Shown piece by piece: positions 29,465 through 39,666 of a stretch of DNA of 64,000 nucleotides. Source of the DNA: an uncultured delta proteobacterium (lineage in GTDB: Bacteria; Desulfobacterota; Binatia; UBA9968); contig CAVSHR010000004.1 of assembly GCA_963727625.1 (NCBI GenBank), forward strand, positions 992,001 to 1,056,000, read 5' to 3'. A program made the translations under genes and the position numbers. How positions within the stretch are numbered: position 1 is the first letter of the stretch; every line of letters begins with the position of its first letter. The notes beneath the pieces were generated by a model, which had not been told where the DNA came from, ran no database searches, and saw only the letters and a list, made by a program, of their open reading frames with translations.

Positions 29465-30343
29465 ATGCCCGACTTCAAGGAAATCCTTTACGAAAAACAA
29501 CGCAGCGGCGCGTTGATCACCTTAAACCGTCCGGAGGCGATGAACGCCATCAGCCGGAGCATGATCAAGGAGATGCACCAGGCGCTCGACGACGCGGAAC
29601 AAGACAAAGAGGTCCGCGCCGTCGTCCTCACCGGCGCGGGACGGGCGTTTTCCGCAGGGATGGACCAGGGATCATCGTCGGGCCGGCGCCGGGATATTCA
29701 CTGGCCCTACGGCATCGTCACCGGCCAGACCGCCGCCGAGGTGATCGACTCGTGGCGCGTCGATCCGCGCAACTTTCGCCGCATGTGGGAGTTTGGCAAG
29801 CCGATCATTGGCGCAATCAACGGCTGGGCCATGGGCGCCGGCTCGTGGCTGTCGCTTTTCACCCATATCACGCTAGCGTCGGAAAGCGCGGTCTTCGCTC
29901 AGCCGGAAGTGCGTCACGGCTCCAACACGAGTTTTATGTGGACGCTGCTGGGCGGCTACAAGAACGCCCTGCGCTACGGCCTCACTGGCGATCACATCGA
30001 CGCTCAAGAGGCGCTGCGCATCGGCTTGGTCGTCAAAGTTGTGCCGCAAGATCAGCTGATCGACGAATGCTTCAAGATCGTCGAAAGGATCGCCAAGGTG
30101 CCGCCGGAAACGGTGAAGATCAATTTGCAAATCGCGACCATGGGACTCGACATGATGGGCCTGCGCGACGCCTTGACCTTCGACAGTCAAATGTCCGCCC
30201 CGGCCCACGTCATGTTGCGCGAAGAATTGCGCAAGCCATTGGATGACGCGCGCGCCAACAAAGGCATTCGCGACTATTTGCAGATGCGCGACGGCCCGTT
30301 CCAACCGGAGCCGTTCGGACCGAGAGCGAAGAAGAAGGCTTGA
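29465..30343 (+). CDS. Crotonase family protein 2
   Basis: Close paralog of 26200..27078. Confidence 0.9.
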   Translation: MPDFKEILYEKQRSGALITLNRPEAMNAISRSMIKEMHQALDDAEQDKEVRAVVLTGAGRAFSAGMDQGSSSGRRRDIHWPYGIVTGQTAAEVIDSWRVDPRNFRRMWEFGKPIIGAINGWAMGAGSWLSLFTHITLASESAVFAQPEVRHGSNTSFMWTLLGGYKNALRYGLTGDHIDAQEALRIGLVVKVVPQDQLIDECFKIVERIAKVPPETVKINLQIATMGLDMMGLRDALTFDSQMSAPAHVMLREELRKPLDDARANKGIRDYLQMRDGPFQPEPFGPRAKKKA

Positions 30344-30375
30344 GGCGCGAGGCTTGAGGCAACAGCTATAGGTAT
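30341..30375. repeat. GAGGC 7-nt-period repeat (TGAGGCGCGAGGCTTGAGGCAACAG)
   Basis: Near-identical copy at 27076-27100. Reverse copies near 56333, 58562 and 16041. Confidence 0.65.
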
Positions 30376-30413
30376 CGGGCAAGGTGCAACAGTAAGAGAA
30401 GGACGAGGATACG

Positions 30414-31301
30414 ATGGCGGACTACAAAAACATCCTTTATCAAAAACAGCGCAAAGGGGTGCTCATCACGCTCAACCGGCCCAAAGAGCTCAACGCGCTC
30501 AACGAGGCGATGATGAGCGAGATCGATCAGGCGCTGGCCGTGGCGGAATCCGATCCGGAGATCCGGGCGATCGTTATCACCGGCGCCGGCGATGCCTTTT
30601 CCGTCGGTGAAGATCTCAGCGGCGATGACGCGGAAACGGCTTGGCCCTACGGCATACCAACGGGCACATCGCTCAATGCGACCTACAACAAATTCCGCGA
30701 CGCCGACCGAAAAGATATTCTCGGACGGCAACTCTATCGCTGGCAGTATCCAAAACCGATTGTCGCCGCCGTCAGCGGCTGGTGTCTGGGCGCTGCCTCG
30801 TCGCTGGCGCTCACCTGCCCTATAACGATTGCCGCGGACGACGCGGTTTTCGGTCAGCCGCAGGTCCGTCATGCCGCCAACACGGATTTTATCTGGGTTG
30901 TGCTGGCCGGATTCAAAAACGCGCTGCGCTACTCGCTTACCGGCGATCATGTCGATGCCCAGGAGGCGCTACGCATCGGCCTGATCAATCAAGTCGTTCC
31001 CAAGGCGGACTTGCTGGAAACCTGTTTCAAGTTCGTCGAACGCGTCGCTCACGTGCCACCCGAGACGGTCAAGATCAACCTGCATATTTCCACGCAAGGC
31101 CTCGAAATGATGGGCCTGCGCAAAGCCTGGATGGTGAATGCTGAATTGGCCTCCATGGCCCGCCTGACCAAGCGCGAAGAGTTCAATAAACGTTTGGAAG
31201 AAGCGAAAAAGAGCGGCGGGCTGGAGGCGTTCCTGAAAGAGCGCGACGCGCCCTTTCAACCCGAACCGTTCGGACCCAAGGCGAAGGGAAAAACGGAGTA
31301 A
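30414..31301 (+). CDS. Crotonase family protein 3 (most divergent)
   Basis: Same scaffold, ending PFQPEPFGP. FGQPQ replaces FAQPE. Confidence 0.88.
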   Translation: MADYKNILYQKQRKGVLITLNRPKELNALNEAMMSEIDQALAVAESDPEIRAIVITGAGDAFSVGEDLSGDDAETAWPYGIPTGTSLNATYNKFRDADRKDILGRQLYRWQYPKPIVAAVSGWCLGAASSLALTCPITIAADDAVFGQPQVRHAANTDFIWVVLAGFKNALRYSLTGDHVDAQEALRIGLINQVVPKADLLETCFKFVERVAHVPPETVKINLHISTQGLEMMGLRKAWMVNAELASMARLTKREEFNKRLEEAKKSGGLEAFLKERDAPFQPEPFGPKAKGKTE

Positions 31302-31375
31302 TGGAGGATTGGAGAAATGGAGTGATGGATGAAAAATTCCGAACCAATACTCCAACACTCCATCACTCCAATTCC
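31296..31375. repeat. TGGAGTRA / ACTCCA 8-nt-period inverted intergenic repeat
   Basis: A GGAGTAATGGAG..TGGAGTGATGGA arm followed by a CCAATACTCCAACACTCCATCACTCCA arm. Related copies at about 34375-34460 and 46161-46225. Confidence 0.75.
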
Positions 31376-31417
31376 GGAGGGCATAAGAAAACAAGACCCG
31401 ATTTCGGAGGAGTCGCC

Positions 31418-32608
31418 ATGAACGACGCAACCGCCAAACTCGATCCTGAGACGCAGCCACCACTGGTGCGGGTCGACATGTATCAACGGTGGCGCGACCG
31501 AGAGGGAGCGCCGCTCGTCGGCGGCGTTTACATCAAAGACATGAAGGCCGTGGAAGTGGGCCCGTGGCCGCGCAAGGGCGACGGCGTCAAAGGCGCGCTT
31601 TGCTACCTCGACGGCGACGACGAGGGCGACGAGCATATCGTCGAGTTGCCTCCCGGGGGCGCCACCGCACCGCTCAGGCACATGTATACCGAGGCGATCT
31701 ACGTCGTCTCGGGACATGGCTCCGCGTCGGTGTGGCGCGATAATAGCGCGAAGCAAACTTTCGAATGGGGGCCCGGCAGTTATTTCGTTTTGCCGACGAA
31801 TGGCTGGCACCAGTTCTTCAACGCCAGCCTATCGCGCGCCGCGCGCTGGTTTTCCGTCACCGACCTGCCGCAGCTTCTGCGCCAGTGGGCCAGCGAGGAC
31901 TTTATTTTCAATAACCCCTACGACTTCGTCGACCGCTATCGCGGCGAGCCCGATCATTTCAGCGCCGAGGCCAAGCTCTACCGCGGCCGGGTTTGGGAAA
32001 CCAATTTCATTCCCGACATCAAGAAACTGCCGCTCTACGAGTGGAAGAGCCGCGGCGGAGGCGGCACCAACGCTTTCATGGTCATGGGCGCCGGCATGAT
32101 GGAGTCCCATGTGTCGCGCTTCGAATCCGGCCACTACAAAAAAGCCCACCGCCACGGACCCGGCGCGCATCTGTACATTACCGAAGGCGAAGGCTACGTG
32201 CTGACGCAGCGCGGCAACGAGCCGCGCATCCGCTGCGACTGGCAAGAGGGCAGCCTCTATCTTTCCGGCGCGGGCGAAGGTCAGTGGCTGCACCAGCACT
32301 TCAATGTCGGCGCCACGCCGGCGACCTACCTGGTGCTGAACCAGGGGCTGTCGAGGAAATACGCGGTCAATCGCTGGCAGGCCCATCAATCCACGGTGCT
32401 GCGCAGCGGCGAAGTCAGTGGCAAGAAAGGCGGCTACCAAACCGAATACGAAGACGAAGATCCCGAGATTCACCGTCTCTTCGAGGATGAGCTGCGCAAA
32501 CGCAACATCACCTGTAAAATGAAAAACATGGTACCCTGGTGCACCGGCGAGCCCGGCGCCGAGGCGGCCAAAGCGAACTTCCCCGACGAGCACGGAGCGT
32601 TCGGATAA
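31418..32608 (+). CDS. Bicupin protein
   Basis: RHMYTEAIYVVSGHG...WHQFFN and AHRHGPGAH...HQHFN motifs. GGAGGAG RBS. Confidence 0.8.
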   Translation: MNDATAKLDPETQPPLVRVDMYQRWRDREGAPLVGGVYIKDMKAVEVGPWPRKGDGVKGALCYLDGDDEGDEHIVELPPGGATAPLRHMYTEAIYVVSGHGSASVWRDNSAKQTFEWGPGSYFVLPTNGWHQFFNASLSRAARWFSVTDLPQLLRQWASEDFIFNNPYDFVDRYRGEPDHFSAEAKLYRGRVWETNFIPDIKKLPLYEWKSRGGGGTNAFMVMGAGMMESHVSRFESGHYKKAHRHGPGAHLYITEGEGYVLTQRGNEPRIRCDWQEGSLYLSGAGEGQWLHQHFNVGATPATYLVLNQGLSRKYAVNRWQAHQSTVLRSGEVSGKKGGYQTEYEDEDPEIHRLFEDELRKRNITCKMKNMVPWCTGEPGAEAAKANFPDEHGAFG

Positions 32609-32697
32609 ACGAAACCAACGTTCAAGCTTCCACGTTCAAGAGTTCAAGGTGTGGGACAGGGACGTTGAACCTTGAACTGACCGGTGCGAAGGAATCC

Positions 32698-34209
32698 ATG
32701 CACGACCTGGCCCATGACCACGATCACGACGACCCAGAGTCCGGCGCTGAGGAAGAACATCCGCTGTGGAAGCTCGACACGATCACCCTCACCAGCGTTG
32801 GCATCGACGTCGGCACGGCGACTTCGCAGATTATTTTCTCTCGTCTAGTGCTGCGCCGCCTCGGACGGGAATTGTCGAGCCGCTTTGCGGTGACTGAACG
32901 TCGGACCCTCTACCTTTCCCCTATTCATTTCACGCCTTATGCAGCCGGCCGGGAACGGATCGACGATCAAGCGCTCGGCCGCCTGGTCGACGGCGCGTAC
33001 AGAGAAGCCGGCCTCAGTCCGGAGCAAGTAGACACCGGCGCGATCATTCTAACCGGCGAAGCGATCCGGCGTGCTAACGCTCGCGCCATCGCCGACTTAT
33101 TCGCCGCGCAGCGGGGCAATTTCGTTTGCGCCAGCGCCGGCCACAACTTCGAAGCGCTGCTTGCGGCCCATGGCTCCGGAGCGGTCGCCCTTTCCGCCGA
33201 ACGTCAATGCAGGGTTCTCAACATCGATATCGGCGGCGGCACGACCAAACTCGCTTTGGCAGAGTGCGGACAGGTCCTGAGCAGCGCGGCTTTTCACGTC
33301 GGCGGCCGGTTGCTCGCGACGGACGAGAATGGCATCGTCTTGGTTCTGGAACCCGGCGGACAGTCGCTGGCGCGCCGGGTGGGATACGATTGGAAGGCGG
33401 GCGATCACGTCAGCACAGAGGCGATGGAAAAACTCGCGAGCTACATGGCCGAAGCGGTTCTCGCCCTCGCTCAGCAAGAAAACCCTGCGCCGGAATTCGA
33501 CAGGCTTTGGCTGACCCCGCCGCTCGGTGGCGCCAAGAGCTACGACGCCGTCGTTTTTTCCGGCGGCGTGGGCGAATTCGTTTACGGCAAAGAGTCCAGC
33601 TCTTTTGGCGATCTCGGCGCGCCGCTGGGAAAAGCGCTTCGGCGCCGGATCGGCAGCGGCGCGCTGGCCTGGCCGCTCGCGCCCGCGCGAGAATGCATCC
33701 GCGCCACGGTCATGGGCGCCGCCCAGCACACGATTCAGGTGAGCGGCAACACGATTTACCGTTCCAACGATGCATTGCTGCCGCGGAAAAACCTCCAGGC
33801 GTTGCGCCCCGCCGTCGATTTGAGCACGGATATCGATCCGCCGGCGCTCGCCGAGGCGATCGCGAGTCATTTCAAATCTTTCGACTTGACTGAAGGAGAC
33901 GCCGAAGTCGCATTGGTGTTTCGTTGGGGCGGGCCGCCCGCGGCCGCGCGCATCGCCGCATTCTGCCGCGGCTTGATGGAAGGTCTGTCTCACACGATGA
34001 TGAACCAGCGGCCGATCTACCTCGTCTTCGACCAGGATTTGGCCGGGCTGGTCGGCACCATCCTGAAAAACGATTTCGATCTCAAGAACGATATCCTCGC
34101 AATTGACGGCGTCACGCTCCGCGATTTCGACTTCATCGACCTCGGCACAGTGCTCGAACCCTCGGGCACCGTCCCCGTCACCATCAAATCCCTGGTATTC
34201 CAGTTCTGA
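32698..34209 (+). CDS. eutA: EutA-like reactivase (ASKHA ATPase) with His-rich N-terminus
   Basis: SVGIDVGTATSQ, TGAIILTGEA, NIDIGGGTTK, FSGGV, IRATVMGA and PVTIKSLVF motifs. Confidence 0.82.
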   Translation: MHDLAHDHDHDDPESGAEEEHPLWKLDTITLTSVGIDVGTATSQIIFSRLVLRRLGRELSSRFAVTERRTLYLSPIHFTPYAAGRERIDDQALGRLVDGAYREAGLSPEQVDTGAIILTGEAIRRANARAIADLFAAQRGNFVCASAGHNFEALLAAHGSGAVALSAERQCRVLNIDIGGGTTKLALAECGQVLSSAAFHVGGRLLATDENGIVLVLEPGGQSLARRVGYDWKAGDHVSTEAMEKLASYMAEAVLALAQQENPAPEFDRLWLTPPLGGAKSYDAVVFSGGVGEFVYGKESSSFGDLGAPLGKALRRRIGSGALAWPLAPARECIRATVMGAAQHTIQVSGNTIYRSNDALLPRKNLQALRPAVDLSTDIDPPALAEAIASHFKSFDLTEGDAEVALVFRWGGPPAAARIAAFCRGLMEGLSHTMMNQRPIYLVFDQDLAGLVGTILKNDFDLKNDILAIDGVTLRDFDFIDLGTVLEPSGTVPVTIKSLVFQF

Positions 34210-34479
34210 ACCGATGATGACCGATCGAGCCGCGAACAATTCCATTTCGCTTCCTAGAATTCACGTTCGTCATTTCTCGAACGGCGTGATCGATGCCGCC
34301 GATCCATCGCGCGTCATCGCCGAGTTGGATAAGAGCTGGTTTATCAAGACCCTCTCTGTCAGCACGCCGTAGACTGGAAATGAAAATTGGGCTATGGACA
34401 ACTGGAGTGATGGACAGCATTCACCCAATATTCCACTACTCCTACATTGCATCACCCCGATCTCTACTGGGAGGACGAC

Positions 34480-35634
34480 ATGAGCAACATCAGCGGTAAG
34501 TACGCCGTCGTCGGCGTGGCCGAGACCAAAGTCGGCAAACGGCCCGATGCCAGCACCCATTCGCTCCATCTCGAATGCATCAAGGCCTGCCTGGACGACG
34601 CGGGCATCAAAGCATCCGAGGTTGACGGCTTCCTCACCAATCAGCCGCTCAACGATGCGCACCGCAGTTACGCCGTCCGCATGGCCAACATGGCGCGCAT
34701 GCAGCCGAACTACGCCACCGACCTGGCGCTCGGCGGCGCCACGCCGATCGCCATGGTGCAGAACGCGGTCATGGCCATCGAGGCCGGCATGGCGCACACT
34801 GTCCTGTGCGTGCACGCGCGCAAGCGCGCCACGCCTGATCCTTCGCCGGGAAACCCGATTCGCCACGGCGACGAGCACTGGGAAGAACCTTGGGGCCATT
34901 TCTCCGCCGTCGCCAACCACGCCTTCGCCGCCCAACGCCATAGGTATGAATTCGGCACCACCAGCGAAGATCTCGCCCACGTCGCCGTCGCCACGCGCAA
35001 GCACGCCTGCTTGAACAACAACGCCACCATGCGCAAACCGATGACCATCGCCGATCATCAGGCTTCGCGCTTTATCTGCGAACCTTTGCGCCTGTTCGAT
35101 TGCGCGCTGGAATCCGACGGCGGCGGCGCGGTGATCGTGACCAGCGCCGAGCGCGCGCGCGACTTTCCGAAAAAACCGGTGACCATACTCGGTATGGGCC
35201 AGCACCATCCCCACTTCAGTCTGATGGACGCGCCGAGCCTCACGACTCTGGGCGGTAAAAAATCCTCGGAGCTCGCCTACAGGATGGCCGGGCTTGCGCC
35301 GAAGGACATGAACTTCGCCGAGATCTACGACTGCTTCACGATCACGACGATGATCACGTTGGAAGACTACGGTTTTTGCAAAAAGGGCGAAGGCAAAGAC
35401 TTCGTCAAGAATGGCCGCATCGAAGTCGGCGGCGAGCTGCCGGTGAACACCCACGGCGGGCTGCTCTCACAGGCGCATATCGAAGGCATGCTTCACGTCA
35501 CCGAAGCCGTGCGCCAACTGCGCGGCAACGAAGTGGAACCGGAGCGTCAGGTTAAAAACGCCAACGCCGGCATCGTCAGCGGCCACGGCGGCAGCCTGTG
35601 TATGCACGCAAGCTTAATTTTGGGGGCACTATGA
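34480..35634 (+). CDS. SCP2/Ltp2-type thiolase-like protein
   Basis: EIYDCFT, PVNTHGGLLS and SDGGGAV motifs. GGAT replaces the nucleophilic Cys motif. Confidence 0.85.
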   Translation: MSNISGKYAVVGVAETKVGKRPDASTHSLHLECIKACLDDAGIKASEVDGFLTNQPLNDAHRSYAVRMANMARMQPNYATDLALGGATPIAMVQNAVMAIEAGMAHTVLCVHARKRATPDPSPGNPIRHGDEHWEEPWGHFSAVANHAFAAQRHRYEFGTTSEDLAHVAVATRKHACLNNNATMRKPMTIADHQASRFICEPLRLFDCALESDGGGAVIVTSAERARDFPKKPVTILGMGQHHPHFSLMDAPSLTTLGGKKSSELAYRMAGLAPKDMNFAEIYDCFTITTMITLEDYGFCKKGEGKDFVKNGRIEVGGELPVNTHGGLLSQAHIEGMLHVTEAVRQLRGNEVEPERQVKNANAGIVSGHGGSLCMHASLILGAL

Positions 35635-36065
35635 GCGAGACCAGCGACAACCGCGGCAGACCCGTAAGAAAAGTTCGACCCTTTCTCGAAGAGCTCGAAG
35701 CCAAGCCCTTCTGGGCCCATCTGCGCGAGCACAAGCTCACCGCCCAGCGCTGCAAAGCCTGCGGCAAGTTCTTCACGTACCCGCCGCAGGGCTCCTGCCC
35801 GCACTGCCTCTCGCCTGATTTCGAATGGGTCGAGCTCAGCGGCAAAGGCAAAGTCTACTCCTTCGTCACCTACCACCGCGCCTGGCATCCATCCTACCAA
35901 GACAAGGTGCCCTACAACGTTTCTTTGGTGGATCTCGCCGAAGGTCCGCGCTTAATCAGCAACGTCATTGACTGCGCGCCCGATCAAGTGAAGATCGGTA
36001 TGAACGTGGAAGTCCTCTACGAGGACAACGAGGAGTTTACCCTGCCAAAGTTTCGGCCGGCATAA
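35631..36065 (+). CDS. DUF35 Zn-ribbon/OB-fold protein (ChsH2 C-terminal-like)
   Basis: PFW, QRCKACG...CPHC, G.VYSF and LAEGPR motifs. ATGA overlap with the thiolase gene. Confidence 0.9.
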   Translation: MSETSDNRGRPVRKVRPFLEELEAKPFWAHLREHKLTAQRCKACGKFFTYPPQGSCPHCLSPDFEWVELSGKGKVYSFVTYHRAWHPSYQDKVPYNVSLVDLAEGPRLISNVIDCAPDQVKIGMNVEVLYEDNEEFTLPKFRPA

Positions 36066-36139
36066 AATCGCCGGAATGGATGCTAGTAAGAATTTCTCCC
36101 TGCGGTCGAAATGACATCACCACAGGTCGCGGATTAGCG

Positions 36140-38536
36140 TTACTTTATGGCACCTGCTTTCTTTAGTTCCTCAATCCGCTCCGCGCTCAAGCCCAAGATT
36201 TTTCCAAAGACCTGGTCATTGTTGGCACCGATCCAAGGCGCCGGGCGGGCGGCGTCGGCTTTCGAAAACGAAGGGATACCCGGCAAGCCGTGGTGCGTGA
36301 TTTTCCCCCACGGCCGAGCTTCGGTTTCGACGATGTGGCCGCGGGCGCGCAGGTGAATGTCGTAGAACAGCTCCTCACCCGACGACGGAATACCGGCTGC
36401 AACGCCGGCTTCCTGGAGCAACCGAAACACCTGCTTGACCGTATATTTGTGGGTCCACTCCGAAAGTTTTCGGTCAAGCTCGTCGCGGTGCTCTTTTCGC
36501 CCCGCTTTGGCGGCAAATTTAGCATCCGCCGCCCAGGATGACTTGCCGATTAGATTGACCATGTTTCGCCATTCGTCGTCGCCCGCGCAAGCTATGATGA
36601 TCCAGTTGTCGTCGCCCGCGCAGGGATAGCAACCGTACGGCAAATAGGGTTCGCCGAGAATCTCACCATAACCCATGGCGTCCCATTCGTTGCCATTGAC
36701 CGTGTAGTCTAGAATAGCCGGTCCCATCATCGAGCCCTGCGCTTCGAGCATTCCGGCCTCGATGAATTGCCCTCTTCCCGTACGCGTCTGATATTCGAGC
36801 GCGGCGAGCACGCCGAGCGCCATCGTCACCGAGCCGACGCGGTCCGGCCAGGCGATCTTGCAACGGGTTTCCATCGGCGAATCCGGATAGCCCCAGAGAC
36901 GCATGATCCCGGTGTAAGCGAGGAGCTGCCAACCCCAGGCGACCCAGGACTTGAGCGGACCGGTGAGTCCCCAACCAGGCATGACCGCTTGCACGATGCC
37001 GGGGTTGATTTGTTGTAAGACATCGAAACTAAAGCCGAGACGCTCCAGCACGCCGGAGCTAAAATTGTCGACGACCACATCCGACTTCGCGACCAGTTGC
37101 TTGAACAACTCCTTGCCGTCGGCATGGCGCAGGTTGATCGTACAGCCGAGCTTGGCGCGGTTCATACAGGCGTGCACCGCGGCCTCGCGCTCCTTGCTCG
37201 GCACCACCGCAGACTCGATCTTCACCACTTCCATGCCGTAGTAGGCTAGCAGCTCGGTCCCCAGCGGTCCTGCATACTGCTGCGTCAGATCGGCCATGCG
37301 CAAACCGGCGAGCATCGGACGGCGTGCCGAAACGTCATTTTTGTTTTTCGGTACATTGTTAAGCTTCCCTTGAAGTTCACCAAGAATTTCCTCTCGATGC
37401 TGATCCTGCAGCGGCGCGGCGCGGCGCACGCGCATCGGCGTGAGCGACAGCCGCATGGGCGCACCCGGCGCTTTGTACTTGCCGATCACGGGATGGTCGA
37501 TCTCTTGAAACCACTCGCGCTCTAAATTCTGCTCACAATTGACGAATTCACCGATCGTGTTGAGCGGCGCTGCGGCGAGATGGCGTGATTGCGCTTCGCT
37601 AGCAAAATCATCGGCGTTGAATTGGCCGATGAAATCGGCGAACGCCTGGGCGACATCATCGGCATGCTCGTCGCGGTATCTGGGATTTTCCCACTTGGGA
37701 CCGGCGAGAGACTTGTCGGTCATCCAATTCTGCGCGAACTCCTTCCACATATGCGGCATGTTGGTGGTGAAGTGCACGTAGCGGCCGTCCTTGCAGCGGT
37801 AGATATTCGTCCCCGCACCGCCGTAGGCTTTGCCGCCGGGACGGCGCTCGAGCCGGTTCTCGCGGCTGTAGCGCGCGATGGAGCTACTGTTGGCAAACGT
37901 AAGCGCTTCCTGCAGCGACATGTCGATGCGCTGGCCGGCGCCGGTCGCGCGCCCATGGCGAATCCCGGCAAGCGCCAGCATCGCAGCCATGGCGCCAGCC
38001 ATCTGGTAAGCGAGATGGCTCGGCGCCGTGCATTGCCCCTTGGTGTTGTCGCCCTGGCCGAAAAGAAATCCGCCGGTCGCGTTGGCGATGGCGTCGCTGC
38101 CTTTGTAACGGCGGTACGGTCCGGTCCTGCCGAACGGCGTGATCGAGACCACGACCAAATGCGAAAACTCTTCGCTGAAGCTTTGATCGGTGAAACCAAA
38201 CTGATCGAGATAGCCGAGCGCCGTCGCCTCGAGCAGAAGATTCGCCGATGCCAGCAACTTGGCGAAGATCTCGCGATCCGATGCATGCCCAAGATCGAGC
38301 GCAATACTGCGCTTGCCGGTGTTCGCATGCATGAACGTCAAACTGCGCTCGGGATGTTCGATGTTGCCGGCGAAGGGCGGCAGCAGCCGATTAGGATCAC
38401 CACCGGGCGGCTCCACTTTGATCACGTCGGCGCCGAGATCGGCGAGCCAGCGGCTCGCGTAGGAGGCCGGAATATCGCCGAGCTCGATGACCCGAAGATG
38501 ACCCAACGCCCGATCGTCGGGATGAGTATCTGCCAA
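36140..38536 (-). CDS. Family III (CaiB/BaiF) CoA-transferase, tandem two-domain fusion
   Basis: LADLGADVIKVEPPGGD and a second repeat (LAYYGMEVVKIES, DVVVDNFS). TTG start. Confidence 0.88.
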   Translation of the reverse strand: MADTHPDDRALGHLRVIELGDIPASYASRWLADLGADVIKVEPPGGDPNRLLPPFAGNIEHPERSLTFMHANTGKRSIALDLGHASDREIFAKLLASANLLLEATALGYLDQFGFTDQSFSEEFSHLVVVSITPFGRTGPYRRYKGSDAIANATGGFLFGQGDNTKGQCTAPSHLAYQMAGAMAAMLALAGIRHGRATGAGQRIDMSLQEALTFANSSSIARYSRENRLERRPGGKAYGGAGTNIYRCKDGRYVHFTTNMPHMWKEFAQNWMTDKSLAGPKWENPRYRDEHADDVAQAFADFIGQFNADDFASEAQSRHLAAAPLNTIGEFVNCEQNLEREWFQEIDHPVIGKYKAPGAPMRLSLTPMRVRRAAPLQDQHREEILGELQGKLNNVPKNKNDVSARRPMLAGLRMADLTQQYAGPLGTELLAYYGMEVVKIESAVVPSKEREAAVHACMNRAKLGCTINLRHADGKELFKQLVAKSDVVVDNFSSGVLERLGFSFDVLQQINPGIVQAVMPGWGLTGPLKSWVAWGWQLLAYTGIMRLWGYPDSPMETRCKIAWPDRVGSVTMALGVLAALEYQTRTGRGQFIEAGMLEAQGSMMGPAILDYTVNGNEWDAMGYGEILGEPYLPYGCYPCAGDDNWIIIACAGDDEWRNMVNLIGKSSWAADAKFAAKAGRKEHRDELDRKLSEWTHKYTVKQVFRLLQEAGVAAGIPSSGEELFYDIHLRARGHIVETEARPWGKITHHGLPGIPSFSKADAARPAPWIGANNDQVFGKILGLSAERIEELKKAGAIK

Positions 38537-38664
38537 TTTATCCCCTTTCCCTTAGGTCCGAAGAATATTTATTTACCACGAAGCTCGCAAAGAGCACGAA
38601 GTTTTACGAGTTTAGACTTCCGAATACTTCTTGTGTTCTTCGTGGTGCGGTTTTTCTACCGGGT

Positions 38665-39666
38665 TTACTTGCTTAGATCGACGAGGACCCGCCCGCGTAC
38701 CGCGCCTTTGAGAATCGCGTCGATCTCCGGGTTCAATTCTTCCAGGGAGACTTCCCTGACGATGCTTGAAAGATCGATCTTCCATTCGCCGGCCAGCTTG
38801 CTCCACGCCATTTGGCGCGCGCGCATGGGAATCTCCACGGAATCGACACCGAGCAAGCTCACGCCGCGCAGGATAAACGGAAAGACGTTGACGTTGAGCT
38901 CGTGCGACATGGCATTGCCGCAGGCTGCCACCAGACCGCCATATTTGGCCGTCTTGAGCGCCGTCGCCAAAATATTGCCGCCGACGGTGTCGACGACGCC
39001 GGCCCAACGCGGCTTTTGCAGCGGACGTCCGGAAGTGTCGCTGGCTTCGTCGCGCGAGATAATCGATTTGGCTCCCAGGTTCTTGAGAAAATCATGCTCG
39101 CTCGCCTTGCCCGTCGCGGCAACGACGTTAAAGCCGAGTTTGCCGAGGATCGCCACCGCCACGCTGCCGACGCCGCCAGTGGCGCCGGTCACCAGGACCT
39201 CGCCGGAATCTTTGGTCAAGCCGCTCGCCATCAAGCGAATGAGGCACAGGGCCGCCGTGAGACCCGCAGTGCCGTAACCCATGCTGTCTTTGAGCGACAA
39301 GCCTTGCGGCAGTTTGGTCGCCCAAAGCGCCGGCACGCTGATGTACTGTCCGAAGCCGCCCGACGTGTTCATGCCGAGATCGAATCCAGTGACCGCCACC
39401 TGATCGCCGACCCCAAATAGTTTTGTCGTCGAGTCCGCCACCACGCCGGCAGCGTCGACGCCCGGCGTGTGCGGATACTTTCTCGTGACCCCCTTGTTGC
39501 CGGTGGCCGACAAGGCGTCTTTGTAATTGAGCGAAGAGTACTTCACTTCGATGATCAACTCCCCCGCCGGCAAATCGCTCAACGCTCGTTGCGTGATTTC
39601 GCGCACAAAAGTTTTTTCCGCCGTCTCCGAAACCACCATCGCCTTGAAACTCTGCGGTAAAGTCAT
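38665..39666 (-). CDS. acuI: YhdH/AcuI-family acryloyl-CoA reductase (MDR)
   Basis: YSSLNYKDAL, GTAGLTA, VTGATGGVGS and PFILRGVSLLGVDSV motifs. Confidence 0.8.
   Translation of the reverse strand: MTLPQSFKAMVVSETAEKTFVREITQRALSDLPAGELIIEVKYSSLNYKDALSATGNKGVTRKYPHTPGVDAAGVVADSTTKLFGVGDQVAVTGFDLGMNTSGGFGQYISVPALWATKLPQGLSLKDSMGYGTAGLTAALCLIRLMASGLTKDSGEVLVTGATGGVGSVAVAILGKLGFNVVAATGKASEHDFLKNLGAKSIISRDEASDTSGRPLQKPRWAGVVDTVGGNILATALKTAKYGGLVAACGNAMSHELNVNVFPFILRGVSLLGVDSVEIPMRARQMAWSKLAGEWKIDLSSIVREVSLEELNPEIDAILKGAVRGRVLVDLSK

Noticed and set aside
37589-39277. 562-aa plus-strand ORF and other long antisense ORFs (2530..3654, 33097..34245, 34270..35454, 46331..47761, 50362..51429)
   Set aside because: They are shadows of well-supported genes on the opposite strand, expected with GC-rich codon bias, and have no motifs.
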